Assembly: GCA_963834315.1 (NCBI GenBank)
Contig: CAWIAY010000002.1
Span: 4,730 to 68,729 of the forward strand
DNA length: 64,000 bases
Direction of reading: 5' to 3'
Source of the DNA: an uncultured Actinomycetota bacterium
GTDB lineage: Bacteria; Actinomycetota; Actinomycetes; Propionibacteriales; Nocardioidaceae
Shown here: in pieces, positions 1-10,399 of the stretch
Position numbering within the stretch: the first letter of the stretch is position 1
How the letters are laid out: every line of letters starts with the position of its first letter
Notes under the pieces: generated by a model
The model's input: the letters and a program-made list of their open reading frames with translations, nothing else
Databases searched by the model: none
Told to the model about the DNA's origin: nothing
Position numbers and translations under genes: made by a program

Positions 1-1393
<1,393 letters not shown>

Positions 1394-1524
1394 TCGAATC
1401 GCTCCTTGCCATGCCCCGGATGCGGGTCCGGGGCGATGTCACGTGCCCGTGTGCCTGCTTGCAGTGTGTTGCATGTCCACGGGGCAGATCTGGGAGTGCT
1501 CCCCTGGCGGGACGCACACGGTGT

Positions 1525-1552
1525 CAACCCCGAGCACTACCCTACGTGTTCC
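1525..1552 (-). promoter_or_regulatory. Possible SigH/SigR-type ECF promoter for clpC, overlapping a SigA-type -10
   Basis: Minus strand GGAAC (1552..1548)-N19-GTTG (1528..1525), with TAGGGT (1544..1539) inside the spacer. Confidence 0.45.
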
Positions 1553-1572
1553 GCTGCCGGGCCGGTAACGGC

Positions 1573-1588
1573 TTCGCCCTCAGCGAAC
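1573..1588 (-). promoter_or_regulatory. Probable ClgR operator upstream of clpC
   Basis: Minus strand reads GTTCGC-TGAGG-GCG, matching the Streptomyces ClgR consensus GTTCGC-N5-GCG. It forms a TTCGC-N5-GCGAA palindrome about 40 bp upstream of a TAGGGT -10 (1544..1539). Confidence 0.7.
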
Positions 1589-1615
1589 ATGGCCCCTCAG
1601 GGACGTCCCGGCGGC

Positions 1616-1960
1616 TCAGTGGGCGGCGTCGTACGCCTCGCGCACCTCGGCGGCGACCCGGCCCCGCTCCGGCACGTCCCAGCCGTTCTCCCGCGCCCAT
1701 GCCCGGATCTCGGCGGGGGTGGCACCTCCGGACGTGGGCGCGGCTGAGCCGCTGCTCGCCGACCCGCTCCCCTTGCGTCGCCGGCCCCCCGTCCTGCGAC
1801 CGTGACCGACGTAGAGCGCGAATGCCTCGCGGAGCGCCGCCGCGTGCTCGTCATTGAGGTCGATCTCGTAGTCGACGCCGTCGAGCCCGAACGTCACCGT
1901 CTCGTCGGCGTCGCTGCCGTCAAGGTCGTCGACGAGAACCACGTGTACGCGCTGCGCCAT
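1616..1960 (-). CDS. lsr2: Nucleoid-associated protein Lsr2
   Basis: MAQRVHVVLVDDLDG..ADETVTFGLDGVDYEIDL N-terminal domain; C-terminal EIRAWARENG..V.ERGR AT-hook-like motif; lysS-lsr2-clpC synteny. Confidence 0.96.
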   Translation of the reverse strand: MAQRVHVVLVDDLDGSDADETVTFGLDGVDYEIDLNDEHAAALREAFALYVGHGRRTGGRRRKGSGSASSGSAAPTSGGATPAEIRAWARENGWDVPERGRVAAEVREAYDAAH

Positions 1961-2089
1961 GGGTGAGCCTTCCGATTCTTGGTCCGAATATCACCGATCG
2001 TGAATGTGCCCCCAGGCCAGACATTAGCCGACCATGTCATCGCAAATGCGCTGCAATCGAAAAGGCTCCGGATATCGCTTTCAGCCAAT

Positions 2090-3610
2090 TCACTCGGGCC
2101 GCAATAGCGGGAAGAGGATCGTCTCGCGAATTCCGGTGCCGGTCAGGAGCATCACCAACCGGTCCACTCCGATGCCGATTCCGCCCGCGGGGGGCATCCC
2201 GTACTCCATGGCGCGCAGGAAGCTCTCGTCGAGATCCATCGCCTCCGGGTCGCCACCCGCAGCGAGCCGCGACTGCTCCTCGAGACGCGCCCTCTGGATG
2301 ACCGGGTCGTTGAGCTCGGAGTAGGCCGCGCCGAGCTCGACGCCGTTGATGATCAGGTCCCAGGCCTCGTTGAGCCCGCGCGTGGACCGGTGTGGCTTGG
2401 CGAGCGGCTTGACGGCCTCGGGGTAGTCCATGACGAACGTGGGTTGGATCAGTGACTCCTCGACGAGCTGCTCGAACAGCTCGACGACGATCTCCGCCGG
2501 CCCCCAACCGTCCTGGAGCACGACGTCGTGCTTGGTGGCGAGATCACGCAGGGTCGGGGCATCGGTGTCCACGTCCAGCTCGACGCCGGTGGCCTCCGAG
2601 ACGAGGTCGAGGATCGGTGCCTCGCGCCATTCGCCCTGCAGGTCGATCTCGCTCCCGTCGCGTCCTACGACGGCGGGTGTCCCGATCGCCTGGTGCGCGT
2701 CGCGGACCAGCGCCTTGGCCAGCTCGATCATCGTGTGCTGGTCGCCGTAGGCCTGATAGGCCTCGAGCATCGAGAACTCTGCTGCGTGGGTGGAGTCGAT
2801 GCCCTCGTTGCGGAACGTCCGCCCGATCTCGAAGACCCGGTCGACCCCACCGATCATCGCCTTCTTCAGGTCGAGCTCCAGCGCGATCCGCAGCAGCATC
2901 TCCTGGTCGAGAGCGTTGAGGTGAGTCTTGAACGGCCGGGCTGCGGCACCCCCGTTGGTGAGCTGGAGGATAGGAGTCTCGACCTCGATGAAGGCCCGCT
3001 CGTCGAGAGTCGCGCGCAGCGACTTCAGGACCGCGGCCTTCTGTCGGACCATCCTGCGCGGCTCGTCGCGGACCATCATGTCGACGTAGCGCAGTCGCAC
3101 CCGCGCCTCCTCGGAGAGGGGCTTGTGCTCGTTGGGCAGGGGACGCAACGTCTTGGCGGCCATGGACCACTCACCAGCCTGCACGGAGAGCTCACCGCGT
3201 CTGCTGGTCACGACCTCGCCCCGGACTGCGAGCAGGTCACCGAGGTCGACGGTTGTCTTGAAGTCCGCCAGGGACTCCTCACCGAGGTCGGCGAGGGACA
3301 GCATGACCTGGAGCTCGGTGCCGTCGCCCTCGCGGAGCCGCACGAAGCAGAGCTTCCCGGTGTTCCGCAGGAACATCACCCGGCCGACGACGGCGATGTC
3401 GTCGCCCGTGTGGGTGTCCGGCTCGAGGCCTGCCTCGTCGTAGCGCTCGCGAATCTCGGTGAGCGTGTGGGTGCGGTCGACGGTGACGGGGTACGCCGAG
3501 ACACCGGACTCCAGCAGCCGCGCCCGCTTGTCGCGCCGGACACGCATCTGCTCGGGAAGGTCGTCCTCGCCAGAGGGCGCAGATGCGTTCGACAGGGGGG
3601 CGTCGCTCAT
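2090..3610 (-). CDS. lysS: Lysine--tRNA ligase (class II)
   Basis: OB-fold RNTGKLCF, EVETPIL, GGAAARPF, FRNEG..STH..EFSMLEAY, YGMPPAGG.G.GVDRLVML..IRETILFP. Start placed at ATG 3610, 8 nt after a TAGGCT -10. Confidence 0.97.
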   Translation of the reverse strand: MSDAPLSNASAPSGEDDLPEQMRVRRDKRARLLESGVSAYPVTVDRTHTLTEIRERYDEAGLEPDTHTGDDIAVVGRVMFLRNTGKLCFVRLREGDGTELQVMLSLADLGEESLADFKTTVDLGDLLAVRGEVVTSRRGELSVQAGEWSMAAKTLRPLPNEHKPLSEEARVRLRYVDMMVRDEPRRMVRQKAAVLKSLRATLDERAFIEVETPILQLTNGGAAARPFKTHLNALDQEMLLRIALELDLKKAMIGGVDRVFEIGRTFRNEGIDSTHAAEFSMLEAYQAYGDQHTMIELAKALVRDAHQAIGTPAVVGRDGSEIDLQGEWREAPILDLVSEATGVELDVDTDAPTLRDLATKHDVVLQDGWGPAEIVVELFEQLVEESLIQPTFVMDYPEAVKPLAKPHRSTRGLNEAWDLIINGVELGAAYSELNDPVIQRARLEEQSRLAAGGDPEAMDLDESFLRAMEYGMPPAGGIGIGVDRLVMLLTGTGIRETILFPLLRPE

Positions 3611-3684
3611 GGCAGGAGAGCCTAGCCCGCGGCCGTCGCGGTCAGCCCAGGTCCCCGGAGCCCACTCCTCGCCGCCGAGCCGAC

Positions 3685-4632
3685 TCAAGGATCGCGCCGG
3701 GCGATGACTTCCTCCAGCTCGTCGATGCGCTGCTGCAGACCGGAGATCGTGGCAGCACTCCTCGCCTCTCGGTCGAGCCAGTCCGGCAGGTCCGTCCCCA
3801 GCTCCGGTTCGTCGTCGCGTGGACCGGTGGTGTCCTCATGCCTGGGGATCCTGCGCAGAACCACGTAGAACTCGACGAGGCCCCGGGGCGCGTGGACCCG
3901 CTCGACCCGCCAGGGGTGTAGGCCGAGCCCACGCAGCTCCGCGACCTGGTCGACGAAGGAGGCCGGGGTGAACGTCCACACGTGCGCGTCCACGTAGTCG
4001 CCCTCCAGCGCCCTACGCACCTGGTCCATCACCTCGGCCGGGCTGTTCTCCCGCTCCGCCAGGCCCGGAGGGCGGGCTCCGGCCCACAGCGCGGCGGTGT
4101 CCACGTCGACCTTGGACCGGTAGAAGTCGTAGACCGCCCGCACGGACGGGACCTCGTCGTGCGCGTAGTGGGCACGAAGAATCTCCCCCACGGTGGTCTC
4201 GGGTCGAAGCACGTCGAAGCAGTAGCGCCGGTCCGGGATCGCCAGGAAGAGCGCACCGTCATCTCGCGTCACCTCGGCGAGCTGGCTCAGCCAGTCGACA
4301 AGATCCGGCACGTGCTCGACCACGTGGGAGGCCAGCACCCAGTCGTAGGGCGCGCTCGGGGCGGCCGCCTCCGCAAGGCTCCGGATCCCATCGGGACCGT
4401 GGAGGACGAAGTCGATCTCGGGGATCAGCTCGACCTCGACCAACGGGTCCTCGCGATAGCTCGCCACCAGTCGCTCCCGGCTGAAGACGTCGAGGTAGCG
4501 AACGTCCGCGGCTCCGCGCTGCACGATCGGGGTGTGCAACGGACCGACCTCCAGTCCCGTCCCCTGTGCGAAGTCGAACAGCTCCCAGATGGCGCGCCGA
4601 CGTCCCTCGGCTACGTCATCCTGTTCCGGCAT
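3685..4632 (-). CDS. Class I SAM-dependent methyltransferase of the glycan-locus type, with a short C-terminal coiled coil
   Basis: GLEVGPLHTP motif I, YDWVLASHVVEHVPD, LFLAIPDRRYCFD. C-terminal ATISGLQQRIDELEEVIARR. Upstream TAGGCT -10 and GAGGAG RBS. Confidence 0.8.
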   Translation of the reverse strand: MPEQDDVAEGRRRAIWELFDFAQGTGLEVGPLHTPIVQRGAADVRYLDVFSRERLVASYREDPLVEVELIPEIDFVLHGPDGIRSLAEAAAPSAPYDWVLASHVVEHVPDLVDWLSQLAEVTRDDGALFLAIPDRRYCFDVLRPETTVGEILRAHYAHDEVPSVRAVYDFYRSKVDVDTAALWAGARPPGLAERENSPAEVMDQVRRALEGDYVDAHVWTFTPASFVDQVAELRGLGLHPWRVERVHAPRGLVEFYVVLRRIPRHEDTTGPRDDEPELGTDLPDWLDREARSAATISGLQQRIDELEEVIARRDP

Positions 4633-4687
4633 CGGGGCTCCTCGTGTCGACTTGCAGAAGGAGCCTAGCCAGGCGGCAAACAGGCCT

Positions 4688-7222
4688 TCACCGCGGCGGC
4701 TGCGCCCCCGCCTTCACCCGAGCCAACAGTCGACGGGTGTTGGCGTCGTCGACCGGGCCGTGGAGGAGTCGCACCCGTCGCCACCGTTCCTCGAGCTGTC
4801 CTGCGCTCGGGGTGTCGAGCAGACCGTCGAGGGCGGCCATCAGCTGGTCGAAGTCCTGGCAGACGGGACCGGGGAGGACGCAACCGAGGTCGTAGAAGAG
4901 ATCCGGGACCTCGCCGGTGAGATAGCTCACCACGGGTCGGCCGGTGACCATGAACTCCGTGGCGCGCGACGACCAGTCCGTGAGCATGGCGACGGCGACC
5001 CTGTCGTGCACCACGGTGCTCGGGAACTGTCCGTAGCCCAGACGGATGGACGCGAGCGGCTCCATGAGGTGTGACAACCTGCGCGAGGTGTCGGCCGGGT
5101 CGTCGCGGAAGCCGAGCACCACCGACTCCTGCTCGCACCAGCGGTTGACCCGCCGCGCCTGGTCGTCCGTCAGGGTCCACCCCCGCCCGTGCTCGAAGCT
5201 CGGGACGACCAGGACGAGGCGTCGATGGTCCAGCAAGGCACGCAGCTCACGCTCCTCGGACTGCAGCGCCGGGGGAAGTACGTCGAAGGGGCTCACCACC
5301 AGGTCGTTGCGGGGCGCGCCGGTCGGCCAGACGTCCTCGAACCCCAGCGGGAAGAAGGCGGCTGAGGCGGCCAGTCGGGCCAGTCCGTCCGAGCTCACGA
5401 CGGCGTGGCATCCCGAGGCATCCTCGAGCTCTTCCGTCGTGGCGGCGAGGTCGGCACGTCCGTGCCGGACGAGCGAGGGCGCACCGACGTTGATGAAGCG
5501 GTGGCGCCTCGGTGAGATCGGATACGTGACGCAGGTTCGGGGCTTGTCCGTGACGAAGACGGTCCCGGACCTGACCAGGTGCAGCTGTCCCTCGGAGCTC
5601 CTGAGCGGGTGGACCACGACGTTCGCGCCGTCAAGGAGCACCCGGCGCGTCCTGGTGAGGACGATCTTCTTGATGGAGGGATCCTCGCGCACGGACTCGA
5701 ACACCGCGCGCTGGTCCCCCGACAGGAGGTGGTCTCGGGGGGAGACGGGAAAGGCCCACCAATGGTCGAACTTGGGCGCGTATCGGTCTTCCTCGACCAG
5801 CGCGCGACCGACCAGCGGGGTGGGCTGGTCGACCCGCCCGTCGTCACCGGTGACGAGAGAGAAGCTGCGGTGCAGGCTGTCCGCGGCCGACACCCTGAGC
5901 AGGTTCCGCTCCACCTTGTCCAGGTCCGCCTCGGGGGCGAGGGCAGCGACTCGTTCGCGCCAGTTGACGAGGTCCGGGACGTTGCGGCTGTTCTCCGAGA
6001 GGAAGTTCCGCTTCAGCAGGGGGAAACCGAGGCGAAGGAGGTCGAAGTACTGCGCGGTGTAGAGCGGGTGGAACGGGTACAGCTCGTCGATGAACGTGCT
6101 GAAGTCGAAGCCCCTGCACATCAGGTAGCGACTCAGGCCGATCTCGTACTTGTAGATGACGAGGACCTTCTGCGACTGGGGCGCGACGGCGTCGAACCGT
6201 TTGCGGAAGCCCGGGTCCACAACGACCGGGCGCCGCAGAACCAAGAAGTAGGAGCTGATGTGGAGGTGGTCGAGCTCGCTCATGAAGCGCTCGCCGATCA
6301 TCTCGGCCTTGGCCTGCGCGATCGGCAGGGGTCGTCCCCCGTTGGAGTCGCGCTCGAAGTCGTGCCTGGTCATCTGCAGGCCCCACCAGTCGCACGGCCG
6401 TTGATCCATCTCGTCGAACACGTCCTCGAGGGAGCGGACGAGGAAGCCGCTGTCGTTGGCCAGGATCACCTCGTCGTAACCGTCGAGGACGTCCCAGCCG
6501 ACGAGGTCGCGGGCGAGCGTGGCGTAGGAGCCGAAGTCGTAGGCGCCGTGCGGCAGCGCCCAGGCCTGCCGCGTCACCTCGCGGAGCTTGAGCAGCTCGG
6601 CGGCGTGGATGAACCCGTCGGCGAGGTAGTACACGTCGGCGAAGCGACTGAGCTCGCGGAGGTAGTCGACGACGTAGTCGTCGATCATCCCGTCGGGGTC
6701 GTAGCCGGCGAACAGGCACACCCGTCGTGGCGTGGCCCCGCTCGGGTAACGCGTCGGGGGGCGGGTCTCGTGTCGCGGCGGGACCGGGTCAGCGCTCTCA
6801 CGCCGTCCGAGCACCAGGAAGTGCAGGAGCGGGTTCACCTCGTCCGTGGCGGGATCCAGGTACTCGGACCAGTACCACCACACGTCGAACGCTGTGCTGG
6901 GGTTGCGCAGCAGGCGCCAGCCAACCTCGCAGAAGTGAACGAGAGGATCGAGGTCACCTGCTCGCACGTCCGCGTTGGCGCGGCGGTAGGCACGCGCGTC
7001 GAACAAGTCGCTTCCCCGGATCACCTCGACCGCGCAGCGTGCCGAGAGCTCCTCGCCGAGCCGGTCGTCCTCACCGCCGGACGGGAGTCCGTCGGTGACC
7101 GCTTCGAGGCCGGACTCCAGAAGCTCGTCGACGAGCGCCCGGGCCTTCCCCGGCGCCTTCTGCAGCTGCGCCCACCGCGTGACGAACCGGGACCACCGCA
7201 GGAGGAACTCGGCCTGCCTCAT
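4688..7222 (-). CDS. Multidomain glycopolymer protein: FDxxWY repeat + RgpF (rhamnan synthesis F)-like domain + degenerate TagF-like domain
   Basis: RgpF-like motifs YDFGSY, ILANDS, DWWG, HISSYF, YEIGLS, FPLLKR. TagF-like C-terminus lacks WHG (INVGAP) and the second His (GFRDDP). ATGA overlap with the upstream paralog. Confidence 0.75.
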   Translation of the reverse strand: MRQAEFLLRWSRFVTRWAQLQKAPGKARALVDELLESGLEAVTDGLPSGGEDDRLGEELSARCAVEVIRGSDLFDARAYRRANADVRAGDLDPLVHFCEVGWRLLRNPSTAFDVWWYWSEYLDPATDEVNPLLHFLVLGRRESADPVPPRHETRPPTRYPSGATPRRVCLFAGYDPDGMIDDYVVDYLRELSRFADVYYLADGFIHAAELLKLREVTRQAWALPHGAYDFGSYATLARDLVGWDVLDGYDEVILANDSGFLVRSLEDVFDEMDQRPCDWWGLQMTRHDFERDSNGGRPLPIAQAKAEMIGERFMSELDHLHISSYFLVLRRPVVVDPGFRKRFDAVAPQSQKVLVIYKYEIGLSRYLMCRGFDFSTFIDELYPFHPLYTAQYFDLLRLGFPLLKRNFLSENSRNVPDLVNWRERVAALAPEADLDKVERNLLRVSAADSLHRSFSLVTGDDGRVDQPTPLVGRALVEEDRYAPKFDHWWAFPVSPRDHLLSGDQRAVFESVREDPSIKKIVLTRTRRVLLDGANVVVHPLRSSEGQLHLVRSGTVFVTDKPRTCVTYPISPRRHRFINVGAPSLVRHGRADLAATTEELEDASGCHAVVSSDGLARLAASAAFFPLGFEDVWPTGAPRNDLVVSPFDVLPPALQSEERELRALLDHRRLVLVVPSFEHGRGWTLTDDQARRVNRWCEQESVVLGFRDDPADTSRRLSHLMEPLASIRLGYGQFPSTVVHDRVAVAMLTDWSSRATEFMVTGRPVVSYLTGEVPDLFYDLGCVLPGPVCQDFDQLMAALDGLLDTPSAGQLEERWRRVRLLHGPVDDANTRRLLARVKAGAQPPR

Positions 7223-9774
7223 CCTCGACCCCCCCCGGCGTAGAGCCTCTTCACGCGATCGACCACGCGGACGGCGTTCTGGTCGTCGAGGTGGTCGAAG
7301 AAGATGCGGCGGCGCCCCTCGTACGACGGGGATGGCCCCTGTCGTGTGCCGTCGAACAGCAGGTCCATCGCTCGCGACAGCTGCTCGAAGTCGGCACAGA
7401 CGGGTCCCGGGAGGACGTCCTCGAGCTCGTAGAAGAGCCCGCGCTCGTCGTCGCGGTAGCGGTCGTGGTCGTAGGCAAAGCTCACCACCGGTCGTCCCGT
7501 GACCAGGAAGTCGACCAGACAGCTCGAGTAGTCGCTCACCACCGCGCTCGCAACCCGATAGACGACCTCGACGTCGGGGAACCTGCCGGCGGACAGGTCG
7601 AGGACCCCGAGATCCTCGAGCTGGCGGGTGTAGGCGTGCGCCGTGTCCGCCATGTGCTCACGGACTCCGAGCACGGCGCCGTGCCGGCGCTGCCACTGCG
7701 AGAGCCACTCGAGCTCGCCCTCGGAGAAGGTGTAGTAACCCTCTTCCTGGTCATCGCGGAAGGTGGGGCAGAAGAGCACGAGCTTGCGGTCTCCGACGAG
7801 ATCGCGGAGCTCCGCCAGCTGCCGACGCAAGTCCCCCGGAAGGCGGGACTCGGCCCTCAGGACGAAGTCGAAGCGCGGCAGTCCGGTCACCCACATGTCG
7901 CGGATCGAGAGCGGCGCGAACGCCGCCGCCATCGCGAGACTGTCGACCCGGGAGGAAGCGATGACGGCGCGCGAGCGGGAGTTCTCCAGCAACAGCTGGT
8001 CCCGGACGTCGTCGATGCCGTGCGAGGCGAGACCGAACCGCTTGAGCGGGATGCCGTGCCAGAGGTTGACGATGTTCCGGCGCTCGGGGAGGAGCCGGAA
8101 GCCGACATTGATCCGGGCACCGTGCTTGACGAAGAGCTGACCTGCCCGCAGGAGGTAGTGCTGGCCCTCAGGACTCTCGAGGGGCACGGTCACCACGTTC
8201 TGTCCCTCCAGCTCCACCGCGCGGCTCCGCGTCAGCACGATCTTCTTCACCGACGGGTCATCGGCCACCGCTTCGAAGACGGCTCTCTCGTTCCCCGTGA
8301 GCTGGTGGGTGAAAGCACAGACCGGGAAGGCCCACCAATGGTCGAACTTCGGCGCCCAGCGGTCTTCCTCGACCAGGTCGTCCGGCTCGAGCATCTCGGG
8401 CACCACCGGGCTACCCGCCTCGTCGGCGGTCACGCTGTGGGCCCGCCGCATGACGTCGTCGGCGGAGCTCCGCACGAGGTCCAGCTCGATGCGGCGCAGA
8501 TCAGCGCCCGGAGAGACGGCACGGAGCCGCTCCTTCCAGTCGGCCAGGTCGGGCAGGAGGGCCGGGTTCTCGGCCAACAACCGACGGGACACGAACGGGA
8601 CCCCCTTCGCGACGAGAGCGAACGGATCGGGTCCCAGGAAGGGGTCGTCGCCGACGTGCTCCCCCAGGAAGGTCGCAAGGCAGTGACCACGAGCAGAGAG
8701 CAGTCGCGTCAGGTTGATGCCACGCCACGGATCGGCGAGCGACCGCTGCTCGGTCGCGCACACCTCGAAGAAGCGCCGGACCTCCACGTCCTCCAGCACC
8801 GCACGTCGGAGACCGACGAGGGGCCCGGACCACGAGAAGGCCTCGAGGTCCGTCTCGTCGAGGACGCGGAGCCCCGCGTCGTCGTGGCCGTCCTCGGCGG
8901 TCCCTGCCCCAGAGGTGGCGATCGACCACCAGTCCGAGGGACGGGTGGCCATCTCGGCGAGCAGAGGCTCCAGGTCGTCGACCAGGAAGGCATTGTCCCC
9001 GGCGAGCAGCACCTCGTCGTAGTCCGCGAGCCGCTCCCACCCCACGAGCCGGGCCGCCAGCCGGGCGTGCGAGGTGAGGTGTCCTCCGTCGTGGCGGGTC
9101 GACCAGGCCGCCGACACGTACGGACCGAGCTGCTCCCGCTGTACAGCTCCCATGGAGGAGTCGTCGAGGTAGTACACGTCGGCGTGACGCGAGAGCTCGC
9201 GGACCTGGTCGACCGCAGTGGGGTCCAGCACTCCGTCGCGGTCGTGTCCCGCGAAGAGGCAGGCACGGCGCGGCGAGCTCGGGAGGGTGGTGGCGGGTGC
9301 GGCCCCGGGGTGCGGCAGGGACGGCCGGGTCGCCACTGCCTGCAGGTGTCCGGCCACGACGTAGTGAAGGAATGGGTCGACGTGCTCGCTCCCGGGTCCG
9401 AGGTTCACCCATCGGTACCACCACAGGTCGAAGTCGGCACGAGGACGGCGGAGCTCCCGCCAGCCTCGGCGGCAGAAGTGCTCCAGCGGGCTGCGGCGCA
9501 CCGATGTCCTGGACGGGTCGCGCTCCTCGCCGTAGTCGGACTCGGGCTGGTCGACGATCAGGAGCAGGTCGAGATCCTCGTCGAGCGCGGGACCCTGCCG
9601 GGCGGCGTAGAACTCCGCGTCGAAGTACCCGCTCGCGCGGATCACCTCGATCTCGTCGAACACGCTCAGGACCGGCCAGCGCGCGGGGTCCGGATCGGGG
9701 CTCGAACCGGTGAGCTGCTCGAAGGCCCGGCGTGCCGCCGCGACGTCGGGCGCGGCGACCTGCTCCGCCGTCAC
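7219..9774 (-). CDS. Multidomain glycopolymer protein: FDxxWY repeat + degenerate RgpF-like domain + intact CDP-glycerol glycerophosphotransferase (TagF-like) domain
   Basis: NLWHGIPLK, TGLPRFD, FCPTFR, VREHM and SDYSS are all present. Collinear paralog of 4688..7222, sharing EEDRxAPKFDHWWAFPV. Confidence 0.8.
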   Translation of the reverse strand: MTAEQVAAPDVAAARRAFEQLTGSSPDPDPARWPVLSVFDEIEVIRASGYFDAEFYAARQGPALDEDLDLLLIVDQPESDYGEERDPSRTSVRRSPLEHFCRRGWRELRRPRADFDLWWYRWVNLGPGSEHVDPFLHYVVAGHLQAVATRPSLPHPGAAPATTLPSSPRRACLFAGHDRDGVLDPTAVDQVRELSRHADVYYLDDSSMGAVQREQLGPYVSAAWSTRHDGGHLTSHARLAARLVGWERLADYDEVLLAGDNAFLVDDLEPLLAEMATRPSDWWSIATSGAGTAEDGHDDAGLRVLDETDLEAFSWSGPLVGLRRAVLEDVEVRRFFEVCATEQRSLADPWRGINLTRLLSARGHCLATFLGEHVGDDPFLGPDPFALVAKGVPFVSRRLLAENPALLPDLADWKERLRAVSPGADLRRIELDLVRSSADDVMRRAHSVTADEAGSPVVPEMLEPDDLVEEDRWAPKFDHWWAFPVCAFTHQLTGNERAVFEAVADDPSVKKIVLTRSRAVELEGQNVVTVPLESPEGQHYLLRAGQLFVKHGARINVGFRLLPERRNIVNLWHGIPLKRFGLASHGIDDVRDQLLLENSRSRAVIASSRVDSLAMAAAFAPLSIRDMWVTGLPRFDFVLRAESRLPGDLRRQLAELRDLVGDRKLVLFCPTFRDDQEEGYYTFSEGELEWLSQWQRRHGAVLGVREHMADTAHAYTRQLEDLGVLDLSAGRFPDVEVVYRVASAVVSDYSSCLVDFLVTGRPVVSFAYDHDRYRDDERGLFYELEDVLPGPVCADFEQLSRAMDLLFDGTRQGPSPSYEGRRRIFFDHLDDQNAVRVVDRVKRLYAGGGRG

Positions 9775-10325
9775 GTGCCCGACGTGTCCGCGTCGCGGTC
9801 CGAGCCCTGCTGGAGGAAGTGCAGCAGCGGATTCATGCCGGACCGTCGGACGTCGGGGTGGGCCTCGAGGTACTCGGTGACATCGAACTTGGGACCGGGG
9901 TCACGTCCCTCCTTGTGCCCGTCACGGAGGAAGTGGAGCGCCGGGTCGACCCCGCCTCGGGCGATGTCGAGATTCTGCCGGAGATACCACGCCGGGCGGA
10001 AGTAGCTCGACTGCCGCAGGATCTGGACCTGCTCCCACTCCTGACGACTGATCCGTCCCTGACCTGCTCGGTACCAGGCCCCGCGAGCCCGCTCCCGGGT
10101 CTCCTTGTTGAGGGTGTCGGCCAGCGACTTGGCCAGGATCTCGGACTCCTTCTGGGCCTTCGCCTTCGAGCGACGCAACCGAGCCTGGGTCTCGGCGACC
10201 TCCTCGTAGTCCTGGCGTGCCCGCGCCAGCTCGAGCCGCGTCTGCGCGAGCTCTTCGCGAAGCCGCTCGAGCTCGACTGTTGGGTCGGAGCCATCACGCA
10301 ACGGCCCCTGTGCTGCGGTTCCCAA
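9771..10325 (-). CDS. Hypothetical protein: coiled coil plus stand-alone FDxxWY/HF repeat domain
   Basis: 3' part of the 9771..11438 ORF. TTG start at 10325 after an AGGAG RBS. ELERLREELAQTRLELARARQ coiled coil, then YFRPAWYLRQN..PALHFL..GRDPGPKFDVTEYL..NPLLHFL. GTGA overlap with the next gene. Confidence 0.65.
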   Translation of the reverse strand: MGTAAQGPLRDGSDPTVELERLREELAQTRLELARARQDYEEVAETQARLRRSKAKAQKESEILAKSLADTLNKETRERARGAWYRAGQGRISRQEWEQVQILRQSSYFRPAWYLRQNLDIARGGVDPALHFLRDGHKEGRDPGPKFDVTEYLEAHPDVRRSGMNPLLHFLQQGSDRDADTSGT

Positions 10326-10399
10326 CGAACGTCCTCTCCTCACCGGGGCGGGGTACCGGGCCCGCCGATGACCGCTGACCGTAACACGGGCGTCAGCCC

